This document shows positions 18,244 through 26,173 of a DNA stretch of 35,825 nt, piece by piece; positions within the stretch are counted from its first letter, which is position 1, and each line of letters begins with the position of its first letter. The stretch spans positions 1 to 35,825 of IMG/VR virus record IMGVR_UViG_3300021961_005413; one strand, written 5' to 3'. The position numbers and the translations under genes were made by a program. Source of the DNA: a virus. Its lineage: Duplodnaviria > Caudoviricetes. The notes beneath the pieces were generated by a model, which saw only the letters and a list, made by a program, of their open reading frames with translations, did not search any database and was not told where the DNA came from.

Positions 18244-19027
18244 AATTCTCTCCTTCACTTAAAGTAGACCAATGACAAAAATACTTGTACATAAAATCTA
18301 TTATCTTATTACACCCTATACCAATGAAACCTAAAACAAAAAGAGCAGCAATCATCTTATCTAATTGTAATTCAGCACCAGTATAGTAAATAAAATTTCC
18401 AAGTCCATATTTTGAAGCGACCATTTCTGAAGCGACAAGTAATACTAATCCCATAGAAATGGATAGTCTAAATGCGCTATTTATAATGTTAGGTAAGGCA
18501 TAAGGAAATATTAGACGACGCAACATATAGGTTCTTGAAAATCCTAGAGCCATAGATGATTCGATCAATCCTTTAGGCACTCTCAATACACTTGAGTATG
18601 TTACCATAACAACTGGAAAAAATGTGCCAAGAGAAATAATGGCTATCTTACTTTCTTCTCCTATGCCTAATATGATTAGAAACAATGGTAATAATGCTAT
18701 CTTTGGTATTGTAATAACAAATTTAATTATTGGAAATAATACATGTCTTGCAATAGAATAGTAACCAATAAGTGTACCTATTAACATACCAAAAGAAGCA
18801 CCAATTGTAAATCCTACTATCAATCTAAGTAGACTGTAACCAACATCTTTTTGAAAGTTATTATCTACAATAAGAGTTAATAAACAATCAAAAACTATTG
18901 TTGGCGGCGGTATTAAACCAGCCGCCAACATTTGCCAAGAAAACAAAATACTTGTGAATGTAATTACAGGTATATAATATTTCTTACTTCTTTTCAAAGA
19001 CACCAATTGATGAATAATAGTTGACAT
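18230..19027 (-). CDS. ABC transporter permease, NitT/TauT/SsuC family
   Basis: LIPPP, SLLRL..GF, IPKIALLPLF....GIGE, EAA-like loop LIESSMALG, LVASEM....GLG. Confidence 0.92.
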   Translation of the reverse strand: MSTIIHQLVSLKRSKKYYIPVITFTSILFSWQMLAAGLIPPPTIVFDCLLTLIVDNNFQKDVGYSLLRLIVGFTIGASFGMLIGTLIGYYSIARHVLFPIIKFVITIPKIALLPLFLIILGIGEESKIAIISLGTFFPVVMVTYSSVLRVPKGLIESSMALGFSRTYMLRRLIFPYALPNIINSAFRLSISMGLVLLVASEMVASKYGLGNFIYYTGAELQLDKMIAALFVLGFIGIGCNKIIDFMYKYFCHWSTLSEGENYGQN

Positions 19028-19982
19028 AATAATCCTCAATAGATAACAATTTCAAATTCATTGCATTGGCGATCTTATCACTATAAATCTTAAGATCATC
19101 AGATCGGTCTCTATAGAACTGTCCTGAAGGAAATACCCTTGTGCGAAGTACGATATCATCATACCAATGTTTCATTCTATAAGTTTCGACTTCTGCCTCG
19201 TACTTGGCACCTAATACTTTTTCCAATGACTGGAGACATGTTGGTGTTTCATCCCAGCAGTTTAAAATAGATACAATTGAAGCTTCTATAAATCTTTTAG
19301 CAACATCTTCGTTTTCTGTAGCCCATTGGGTATTAAGAATAACACCTCGACCAACAGTCCATGAGTTTCTAGATACTAGTGGTGTAACAAAGAAATCCTT
19401 GTTTTCTTCTAATTTTAGACCTACAACCAGTCTAGGAATATTCGTTGCAACATATCCAGTATATCCGTCAATCTCTCCTTTCATAAGAGCAACTTCTTTA
19501 AGCTTAACTGGAATATTAATAAAATCTGGTTTTACATCAGGCGCTACAATGCTCATGAGCTTAGCCGATGTTGAATTAGGATTAGCACCTAATTTCATAC
19601 CATTAAGTTCACTTAAATCTTTAATTGGTTTGCGAGTAATTAGAACATCACTACCCACATAATCAACGGGCAGTGCCATTTTAATCTTAGGTGCACCTAC
19701 TTTATCATTTGTTATTACAACGCTAGAAAAGTCACTGAAACTTGCTTCAGCATTTCCTAAGGCTAGCGCCAAATCAGTCTTCGCTGCGGAACCACCGCTT
19801 CCTAAAATTTCAAGATCAATGCCTTGTTTCTCAAAAATTCCTTTTTCTTTGCCAAAATAAATCCATGAATGATAGGACATGGGGCCTACCGTATGTAGAA
19901 TTCTGACCTTGTCTGCGGCAAAAGAGACAAAGGGCACGGAAGACAGGATCACTGTCGCTATAGCGGTACGCATACTAAACAA
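18984..19982 (-). CDS. ABC transporter substrate-binding protein, NMT1/THI5/SsuA-like
   Basis: Signal peptide; EKGIFEKQGIDLEI, ELNGMKLG, ALMKGEIDG; adjacent permease. Confidence 0.85.
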   Translation of the reverse strand: MFSMRTAIATVILSSVPFVSFAADKVRILHTVGPMSYHSWIYFGKEKGIFEKQGIDLEILGSGGSAAKTDLALALGNAEASFSDFSSVVITNDKVGAPKIKMALPVDYVGSDVLITRKPIKDLSELNGMKLGANPNSTSAKLMSIVAPDVKPDFINIPVKLKEVALMKGEIDGYTGYVATNIPRLVVGLKLEENKDFFVTPLVSRNSWTVGRGVILNTQWATENEDVAKRFIEASIVSILNCWDETPTCLQSLEKVLGAKYEAEVETYRMKHWYDDIVLRTRVFPSGQFYRDRSDDLKIYSDKIANAMNLKLLSIEDYYVNYYSSIGVFEKK

Positions 19983-19994
19983 TTATATTCTCCT

Positions 19995-20390
19995 TTATTT
20001 GCTAGTTCCAATGTTATATTTTGGGACCAATTCCCAATCTTTTTTGTCTTTAAATGGTAAAATTTTAATTTGAGTTAATGGTGCTACTGGATCTTGAACC
20101 TTAGAATTATCTACGGTTTTGATTAGGCCCCATTCCACAAGTAGATTGACGATTGTATTTCTTCGGCCTTTATCCTCATCAGAAAACGACGATGGTTTTC
20201 CGTCAAGAATAAAAAGCTCCTTGAAGTGTACAATATAGTACTTGCCGCGCTTGTGTAGGATATGACAAGACTGAAATAACTTCTTATCTTTACGAGAAGC
20301 AACACCAATTCTTGTTAAGGTTTCTTTGACTTTTAGAAAGTCTTCTTCGTTACTTAAGGTAACTTCTACTAATTCTTCTATCACATTCAT
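19995..20390 (-). CDS. regA: translational repressor RegA
   Basis: DFLKVKETLTRIG, QSCHILHKRGKYYIVHFKELF. Confidence 0.97.
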   Translation of the reverse strand: MNVIEELVEVTLSNEEDFLKVKETLTRIGVASRKDKKLFQSCHILHKRGKYYIVHFKELFILDGKPSSFSDEDKGRRNTIVNLLVEWGLIKTVDNSKVQDPVAPLTQIKILPFKDKKDWELVPKYNIGTSK

Positions 20391-20782
20391 TACTCCACTC
20401 CACCTTTTTCTTCTTTTTGTTTTAAAAGAGTAAGTTGATCATGCGATAATATATCAAGATATTGTTTTGCTACCCTCTTATTACAATTAAAAGCATTACA
20501 AATCAAAGTTATATTATCATCTTGTTCTGACTTAAAGAATTTCTTAAATCTTTTCTTTGGTCGTAAGATATTTATATAATAATAAAACTGTGGAGCATTT
20601 TCTAATTCATACAAACGATTCATTTCATTTGCATGTAGAACCGTGTCTGGAAAGTTTGAGAAAGCACGATTCGTTAACCAAGGGTTGTAACCAGCCTCGG
20701 CTAACTTATCGTTTTCTGTACCAGACATTAAGTCTTTCTTACTGTAAGATGCTGCTGTGACATAATCAAATGGATTACTCAT
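20390..20782 (-). CDS. 62: clamp loader small subunit gp62
   Basis: YNPWLTNRAFS..PDT...ANEMN; lies between 44 and regA. Confidence 0.9.
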   Translation of the reverse strand: MSNPFDYVTAASYSKKDLMSGTENDKLAEAGYNPWLTNRAFSNFPDTVLHANEMNRLYELENAPQFYYYINILRPKKRFKKFFKSEQDDNITLICNAFNCNKRVAKQYLDILSHDQLTLLKQKEEKGGVE

Positions 20783-21720
20783 TTGAATTCTGCTTCTAAC
20801 ATAATCATAGTAAGACATGCTGTTAGGTTGATTTCAGGATCAGCCACAAAAGCATGTTTATACTGGTATTCGCCAAGTGTTACGACGATACCAGGCAAAG
20901 ACTTTTCTTTCGCATATTGTTTAGACTTATCAAACAACGAACGAAAGATAACAGAAGAATCATTGTCTATATTCTCGGCAACCCATCTACGCATAGCATC
21001 AAAGTCTTTTGACTTTAGATGGCCAAAAAGTTCTTTATAACTTTCTTCGCTTAGATTCGTGAGTATACCAGCATCAATACGGCCGCTAGAACCATATCGC
21101 TGTAGTTCGTTAAGAACTCGGCGCCAGTCGGGGAAATGTTTCTGTATAACTTCAGCAATAACTTTCTTATCATATTCGACATTTTCCTGTTCAAGAATAT
21201 ATTCGATTCGTTTCATAAACGATCCAGCAATATTTATTCTGTCTTGTTTATGAATTTTAAATTCAACCACAGAACACCGCGATTGAAGTGGATCAATGAT
21301 GCGGTTTCTAAAATTGCAAGTAAGAATGAACCCACAATTTTTAGAATACTCTTCCATGAAGTTGCGAAGAGCGGGTTGTACTGAATTAGCATTAAGGTAA
21401 TCTGCTTCGTCTAGTATGACATACTTTCGTCCGCCAGTAAAAGAAACAGTTGATGCAAAGTCCTGAATATAGGTTCTTAGTATATCAATAGATCGACCTT
21501 CGTTCGATCCGTTTACCACAATGTAATCACAACCCAACTCTTCACAAAGCGCCTTCGCTACTGTAGTTTTGCCGATACCGGCGCCACCAGATAACAGAAG
21601 ATTAGGAATATTTCCTTGTTTTACAAATTCAACGAAATGCTCCTTGATCGAAGACGGAAGAATAACATCATCTATCTTCTTTGGTCGATACTTTTCGACC
21701 CACAAAAAATCTTCTAACAT
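20779..21720 (-). CDS. 44: clamp loader large subunit gp44
   Basis: LWVEKYRP, GAGIGKTT, ILDEAD, LQSRC. Confidence 0.97.
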   Translation of the reverse strand: MLEDFLWVEKYRPKKIDDVILPSSIKEHFVEFVKQGNIPNLLLSGGAGIGKTTVAKALCEELGCDYIVVNGSNEGRSIDILRTYIQDFASTVSFTGGRKYVILDEADYLNANSVQPALRNFMEEYSKNCGFILTCNFRNRIIDPLQSRCSVVEFKIHKQDRINIAGSFMKRIEYILEQENVEYDKKVIAEVIQKHFPDWRRVLNELQRYGSSGRIDAGILTNLSEESYKELFGHLKSKDFDAMRRWVAENIDNDSSVIFRSLFDKSKQYAKEKSLPGIVVTLGEYQYKHAFVADPEINLTACLTMIMLEAEFK

Positions 21721-21753
21721 AACAAAGCCTCATAATATAAAGTTCAAACATGT

Positions 21754-21782
21754 AGTATACACTACTCAAAAAGATTTGTAAA
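21754..21782 (-). promoter_or_regulatory. sigma70-type promoter for gene 44
   Basis: TTTACA-17 bp-TATACT. Confidence 0.7.
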
Positions 21783-21785
21783 GAC

Positions 21786-22061
21786 TTATTCAGTCTTTTC
21801 TGGCTCTGCCTCTGCTGGAGTTTCTTCTGCATTCGCGGCAGGAGCTTCCTCTGTGTCTGCAACAGGAACGGCTTGTTCAGCCTGTGCTGCCTGGCGCCTT
21901 TCAACAAAGTCTTTTACATACGCCGCAAACTTTTCGCGTATCGATGAAACTCCGGCCATTTCTTCTCCACGAATTGCACCACGAGTGCTGCAAACATCGA
22001 TGATCTTAACTACAGCATCAAAGTCTTGTATCGTGATACTCGGTAAGTTTTGTTCAGTCAT
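21786..22061 (-). CDS. hypothetical protein with Ala/Glu-rich tail
   Basis: IIDVCSTRGAIRGEEM pattern; GGAGG RBS. Confidence 0.8.
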   Translation of the reverse strand: MTEQNLPSITIQDFDAVVKIIDVCSTRGAIRGEEMAGVSSIREKFAAYVKDFVERRQAAQAEQAVPVADTEEAPAANAEETPAEAEPEKTE

Positions 22062-22067
22062 TATAAA

Positions 22068-22736
22068 TTAACCTCCAAAATTTGATAGATTTGATTCGAC
22101 AGCAATCCAATAAGATACACTGTCATTTACGAAACGGGCTAAACCCTTTGAAGAAATACTAACGCGATAATCTGCATTAATTAACTTCATATTCTCAACC
22201 TTCATTACAAGATTGAAATTCCTATTTAATGTGTTTTCTCCGATTGTTACGCTATAGGTGTGTGAAGTACTATTCTTAGAGTCGATTGCCTCAAGAACAA
22301 TATCATCATCACGACCAGTAAATGAAACATAAGGGACATTTAGAATACCAGCCGCACGGAGAACCTTCTCAAGATGTTCTTTCTTAAGTGTAAGATTTAC
22401 CTCACACGCAGGCATGTCAATATCTTTCTCAGGCGGTTGAATAATCATTGATGTATCTGTAAGATAGTAGTTTACCTTGTTACGATTCGTATCACTAATT
22501 GTGATAGACTTTTCGTTAAAGGCAAACTGCGGTTCGTCAAACAACGAAACAGTTGCAAGAAACTTAGGTACATCATAGATACCAGCAGTCGAAGGAATTT
22601 CATTGTCAATACTAGCAGAAGCCATGATTGACTTTGTATTTGAAATTACCTTAATTTGTTTGCCGGGTTTTAGAACAATCGATGGATTGATTGCACTAAA
22701 GTTCTTCAATAAATCAATAGTCTTTTCACTAAGCAT
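22068..22736 (-). CDS. 45: sliding clamp gp45
   Basis: LSEKT..LLKNFSAINPSI, GIYD...FL, YWIAVE; upstream of 44/62. Confidence 0.95.
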   Translation of the reverse strand: MLSEKTIDLLKNFSAINPSIVLKPGKQIKVISNTKSIMASASIDNEIPSTAGIYDVPKFLATVSLFDEPQFAFNEKSITISDTNRNKVNYYLTDTSMIIQPPEKDIDMPACEVNLTLKKEHLEKVLRAAGILNVPYVSFTGRDDDIVLEAIDSKNSTSHTYSVTIGENTLNRNFNLVMKVENMKLINADYRVSISSKGLARFVNDSVSYWIAVESNLSNFGG

Positions 22737-22744
22737 AATATATT

Positions 22745-23773
22745 TTACCTCTTTCTAGATTTTTTGCGTTCTGCTCGTTGTGCAGCGCGCTTTTGTTGAC
22801 GACTCATATTATTACTTCTTCCTAACACTTTGTCAACAGTTTTTTGAAGAGCTTCTTCATTACTTTTTTCTGTCTCTGAGCCAAGTGTTAATTGAGGAAT
22901 TTCTGCTGCTTTTTCTTTGTTTTGATAAAACTTTTTGCTTGACTCTTGTGATGCAGTAGGTGAAGCACCAAGTACACCAAGAGCAGCCATACTACCACCA
23001 AAGACATAAGAACCCATATGCTTCAGTTCCATCCATGGACACATCCAGACTTTCATACCAAGTTTCTGTACATTCTGACAGAACATGTAGTCTTCAGATA
23101 GATATCGTCTTGATTCTGGATCAATGATACAATCAAAGTATGCCATAATCTCACGACTACCATCAAAAGCGTCTGTACGAATATGATCTGGTTTGTAATG
23201 ATATTCTGGATAGGCCTCTTCGTACTTTTCAAAAGTAGCACGAGGTATCAACATGAAACCAGTGCCAGCTTCTAGTACTTGAACAGGTTCATCTACACGG
23301 AAAGACCTAACATCTTTTGCTGGGTTAAACACATAGTCGCCAACAAACTGTTCTAGAACAAAAGGATTGGCGTCTGCAAAACCGCGTTCAACTGCCTTCT
23401 TAACCTTCTCCCACGAGATAGACTTCTTAGGATAAGGCCCAGCAATGATATCAATGTTATCTGGATCTTGTGTCTGAAGATGCAACATGGCATAAATGTC
23501 TTGAGCATTAAAACCAATGTCAGCATCTATAAACATTAAATGTGTAAAATCACTCCGCAAGAATTCATCTACACAATAGTTTCTTGCACGAGTGATAAGT
23601 GATTCGTTAAAGAGATAATAAAATCTAGTCTTCATACCATAACGACTAGAATACATACAAAAATCATTTGTAGACTTTGTGTAAAGTCCAGCGCATTGTC
23701 CGCCATACATTGGCGTCGCAACCATAATACTGTAGTTTTCTCTTAAGTGTGCAAAATCAAGCTCTAGTTTCAT
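22745..23773 (-). CDS. GT-A-like putative glycosyltransferase
   Basis: VATPMYGG, SLITRARN, FIDADI (DxD), GTGFMLI, YLSEDY. Confidence 0.75.
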   Translation of the reverse strand: MKLELDFAHLRENYSIMVATPMYGGQCAGLYTKSTNDFCMYSSRYGMKTRFYYLFNESLITRARNYCVDEFLRSDFTHLMFIDADIGFNAQDIYAMLHLQTQDPDNIDIIAGPYPKKSISWEKVKKAVERGFADANPFVLEQFVGDYVFNPAKDVRSFRVDEPVQVLEAGTGFMLIPRATFEKYEEAYPEYHYKPDHIRTDAFDGSREIMAYFDCIIDPESRRYLSEDYMFCQNVQKLGMKVWMCPWMELKHMGSYVFGGSMAALGVLGASPTASQESSKKFYQNKEKAAEIPQLTLGSETEKSNEEALQKTVDKVLGRSNNMSRQQKRAAQRAERKKSRKR

Positions 23774-23936
23774 TAGAAAGTTTTCCTCTCACTTCACTAA
23801 CACGTTCATTCAAAACACTGATCGCTGTGTGAATATGGCCTGTATCTTCAGGTCGAAGTTTGTTACTTAAGATACAAATCTCTTCCATAAGGAAGATTAG
23901 ACGATCAACGTCCTTTATTTTAAATTTTTGTTCCAT
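23757..23936 (-). CDS. conserved hypothetical protein
   Basis: PEDTGHIHTAISVL..R motif; GGAG RBS. Confidence 0.7.
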   Translation of the reverse strand: MEQKFKIKDVDRLIFLMEEICILSNKLRPEDTGHIHTAISVLNERVSEVRGKLSNETRA

Positions 23937-24210
23937 CGCTTTCTCCATGTTGTAGGTCATGATTATGTAGGGCAATTATAGCATAATGAATGACTTTCAT
24001 CAGGTCATTTTTGTTATAACCATCCTTGCGTCCATATCGTTGAGCATACTTCATAATGTTACCAATACAAAATCCTTCACCATGACCACTGTCGATGATG
24101 AATTCAGTTGCTTGATATTTATTCTGAGAATAGTGCTCACTGTAAGTACCATCAATATATTCTTTGAGACGAGCTAGTGTTTCGCCTTCGTTGTATTTAT
24201 ACTCGATCAT
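23920..24210 (-). CDS. DUF3310-like protein
   Basis: HYS, GFCIGNIMKYAQRYGRK, DLMKVIHY. Confidence 0.8.
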   Translation of the reverse strand: MIEYKYNEGETLARLKEYIDGTYSEHYSQNKYQATEFIIDSGHGEGFCIGNIMKYAQRYGRKDGYNKNDLMKVIHYAIIALHNHDLQHGESDGTKI

Positions 24211-24736
24211 AGTGTGTTCTTCCATAAAATTCAGTTGCTTTTAGATTATTTGTTAAATGGAATAGATACCAACAACAATTGTCTTTACCAGTTGATGCAG
24301 AACCTTCTATCCATTTGATTCTTCCTATACTAACAATTTTTTTCAGATTTGGCAAGTGATTTATGCTTTGTTTTGTGTGCATCCAATCAGCATCAAATAG
24401 CAACCAGGTTGGTGCAATACTTGATAAATGTTCTATAAGAGGGTGCAATAACTTACGATTCCATGGTGGATTTGTTATGAAAACATCAGCACCATTCGTA
24501 TCTTTTATATCGAAAACATTTCTTTCTGCAATGAAGTCTGCCTGTGGCTCTATGTCAGATTGCCAGACGCATGTATGGCCAAGTTGTTCTAAATGTTTTA
24601 CAAGTCTACCATCACCAGCGCAAGGTTCAGCGAACTTAGTATTTTCTTTTAAAAAGTATTTAAGTGGTAACACGGCTTCAAAAGGTGTAGGATAGAAGTC
24701 TCGTTCTACCCTTTCAAATTCACTTCGTTTTCCCAT
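24197..24736 (-). CDS. DNA amino (N6-A/N4-C) methyltransferase
   Basis: DFYPTP, EPCAGDG (motif I), ITNPPW (motif IV). Confidence 0.88.
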   Translation of the reverse strand: MGKRSEFERVERDFYPTPFEAVLPLKYFLKENTKFAEPCAGDGRLVKHLEQLGHTCVWQSDIEPQADFIAERNVFDIKDTNGADVFITNPPWNRKLLHPLIEHLSSIAPTWLLFDADWMHTKQSINHLPNLKKIVSIGRIKWIEGSASTGKDNCCWYLFHLTNNLKATEFYGRTHYDRV

Positions 24737-24753
24737 TGGTTTTCCTTTTTAAA

Positions 24754-24897
24754 AACATCAACAAGGAGTTGGATTAGAAATTCCAATCGAATTGGAGTTG
24801 CTAATGAAATTCCTTGTTGATGTTATTATTGTTTGATTAAGCAGTTGGAGAGGAAATTCCAATCAAATTGGAGTTACCAGTGAAATTGCTTAATCAA
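24754..24897. ncRNA. two dual-guide-like stem-loop units (A 24754-24824, B 24833-24897) downstream of the RuvC gene
   Basis: Plus strand: stem-AGTT-N7-AAATT-CCAATCRAATTGG-AGTT-N7-AAATT-stem; outer stems AACATCAACAAGG/CCTTGTTGATGTT and TTGATTAAGC/GCTTAATCAA. Confidence 0.8.
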
Positions 24898-26003
24898 TTA
24901 AAAAAACTTTCCAAATTAGATTTAGGCGTGTTTAAGTAATCACGCATTGCTTTAACAGTCTGTTCATAAGCAATACGACAAGTGTTTCTGATAAAATCTT
25001 TAAGCTCATGGTGTTCAAAATTTGATTCATCCATATACTTGTTATCATAAATGTTTTGAAAATAAATTTTAGAAAATGATTTTATTCCATGATGATAAAA
25101 CTTTGGACGAAGAAATCCGGGCTTCATATGAAAACCAGAAGATACCATTCCAAACTGATCGATCATTTTAAATCCAATCGGTTCGTTTGTCAATGGATTT
25201 ACATATCTATTTCCATCTTGATCAACCAACAACATCATACAAGAAACGTATTGAGTATCTTTAGACGGACTCTTCCATTGACCTTTTTTATTTTTTTCAA
25301 TACCAAGAACATCTAACAATGAAAGTTTAATATCCTCGCCATTAAATTTTTTATGTGCATACGATACCCCATTAACGATTTTAGAATGTTTGACATTTGA
25401 ATTATGATTTTGCAATCGCCTAGCAACAGCATCAATACAATCGGGGTCATAGGCAATTTGACCAGGCACAGTCTTTTTATATGGCACATCTTCTGCTGAT
25501 ACAATAAGGGATGCTTCTTTACATTTTTGTTTATAAAGATTTCCTGCTGTAAGTTTGGTTAAGTTTTCTAAATCTATCTCTTCTTTTGGATCATGAAACT
25601 CAACATTCTTTGGACGTAATGCTACATCCCAAACATGCGGATGATTCTCAATTGCTTTAGCCCATGTGAGAAGATCAACTTCATCAGTCTTTTCTGCATT
25701 CGTATAGTATAGTTTTCTCCATTTGTAAGTTGATTTTTCTGGCAAAAATCTCAATTCAATACCACGTTTTTCACACAATGAATAAAATTCTCTGATTTGT
25801 GTTTCATCTTTCCATGATTGTGATGCAGACCACTTAGAAATTTTTGAACCATGTGCGGCTTCAATCGCTAGGTCTCCTGGTTCTTTCATCCACGTAAGTA
25901 ATCTAAATTCATCTAATGAAAGATTCATAATAAATTCGTCTTTCATTCTATCATATATGTGATATTTTTTACCGCCACAATCTGCAATATACCTTGGCGT
26001 CAT
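24894..26003 (-). CDS. IS110/TasR-like RuvC (DEDD) protein, candidate RNA-guided nuclease or recombinase
   Basis: YIAD(8)CGG, LAIE(48), KTD(107)EVD(110); C-terminal SSGFHMKPGFLRPKFY segment may correspond to the Nop/Tnp RNA-binding domain; flanked by guide-like repeats. Confidence 0.65.
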   Translation of the reverse strand: MTPRYIADCGGKKYHIYDRMKDEFIMNLSLDEFRLLTWMKEPGDLAIEAAHGSKISKWSASQSWKDETQIREFYSLCEKRGIELRFLPEKSTYKWRKLYYTNAEKTDEVDLLTWAKAIENHPHVWDVALRPKNVEFHDPKEEIDLENLTKLTAGNLYKQKCKEASLIVSAEDVPYKKTVPGQIAYDPDCIDAVARRLQNHNSNVKHSKIVNGVSYAHKKFNGEDIKLSLLDVLGIEKNKKGQWKSPSKDTQYVSCMMLLVDQDGNRYVNPLTNEPIGFKMIDQFGMVSSGFHMKPGFLRPKFYHHGIKSFSKIYFQNIYDNKYMDESNFEHHELKDFIRNTCRIAYEQTVKAMRDYLNTPKSNLESFFN

Positions 26004-26035
26004 TATAAATTCCTTTCTAAGGAGTTAATAAAGTA

Positions 26036-26169
26036 CAGTAAGGAGTTAAGTGAAAAATTCCAATCAAATTGGAGTTATCTCATAAATTCCTTACTGAAAT
26101 TGTTTGATTAAGCAGTTAAAAACAAAATTCCAATCGAATTGGAGTTATTCGTGAAATTGCTTAATCAAA
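26036..26169. ncRNA. two dual-guide-like stem-loop units (C 26036-26096, D 26103-26169) upstream of the RuvC gene
   Basis: Same scaffold as units A and B; outer stems CAGTAAGG/CCTTACTG and TTTGATTAAGC/GCTTAATCAAA; different variable segments. Confidence 0.8.
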
Positions 26170-26173
26170 TTCA

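Noticed and set aside
12890-24201. Intragenic TATAAATA matches on the minus strand (12890-12897, 20569-20576, 24194-24201)
   Set aside because: They could be real late promoters, but they lie in AT-rich coding sequence with no further support, so they are not called.
24754-26169. CRISPR array, or ordinary terminators or REP elements, as the explanation of the stem-loop units
   Set aside because: The variable segments are only 7-9 nt, there are no cas genes, the units lack consistent U-tails, and the fixed-length symmetric internal loop is not a terminator or REP pattern.
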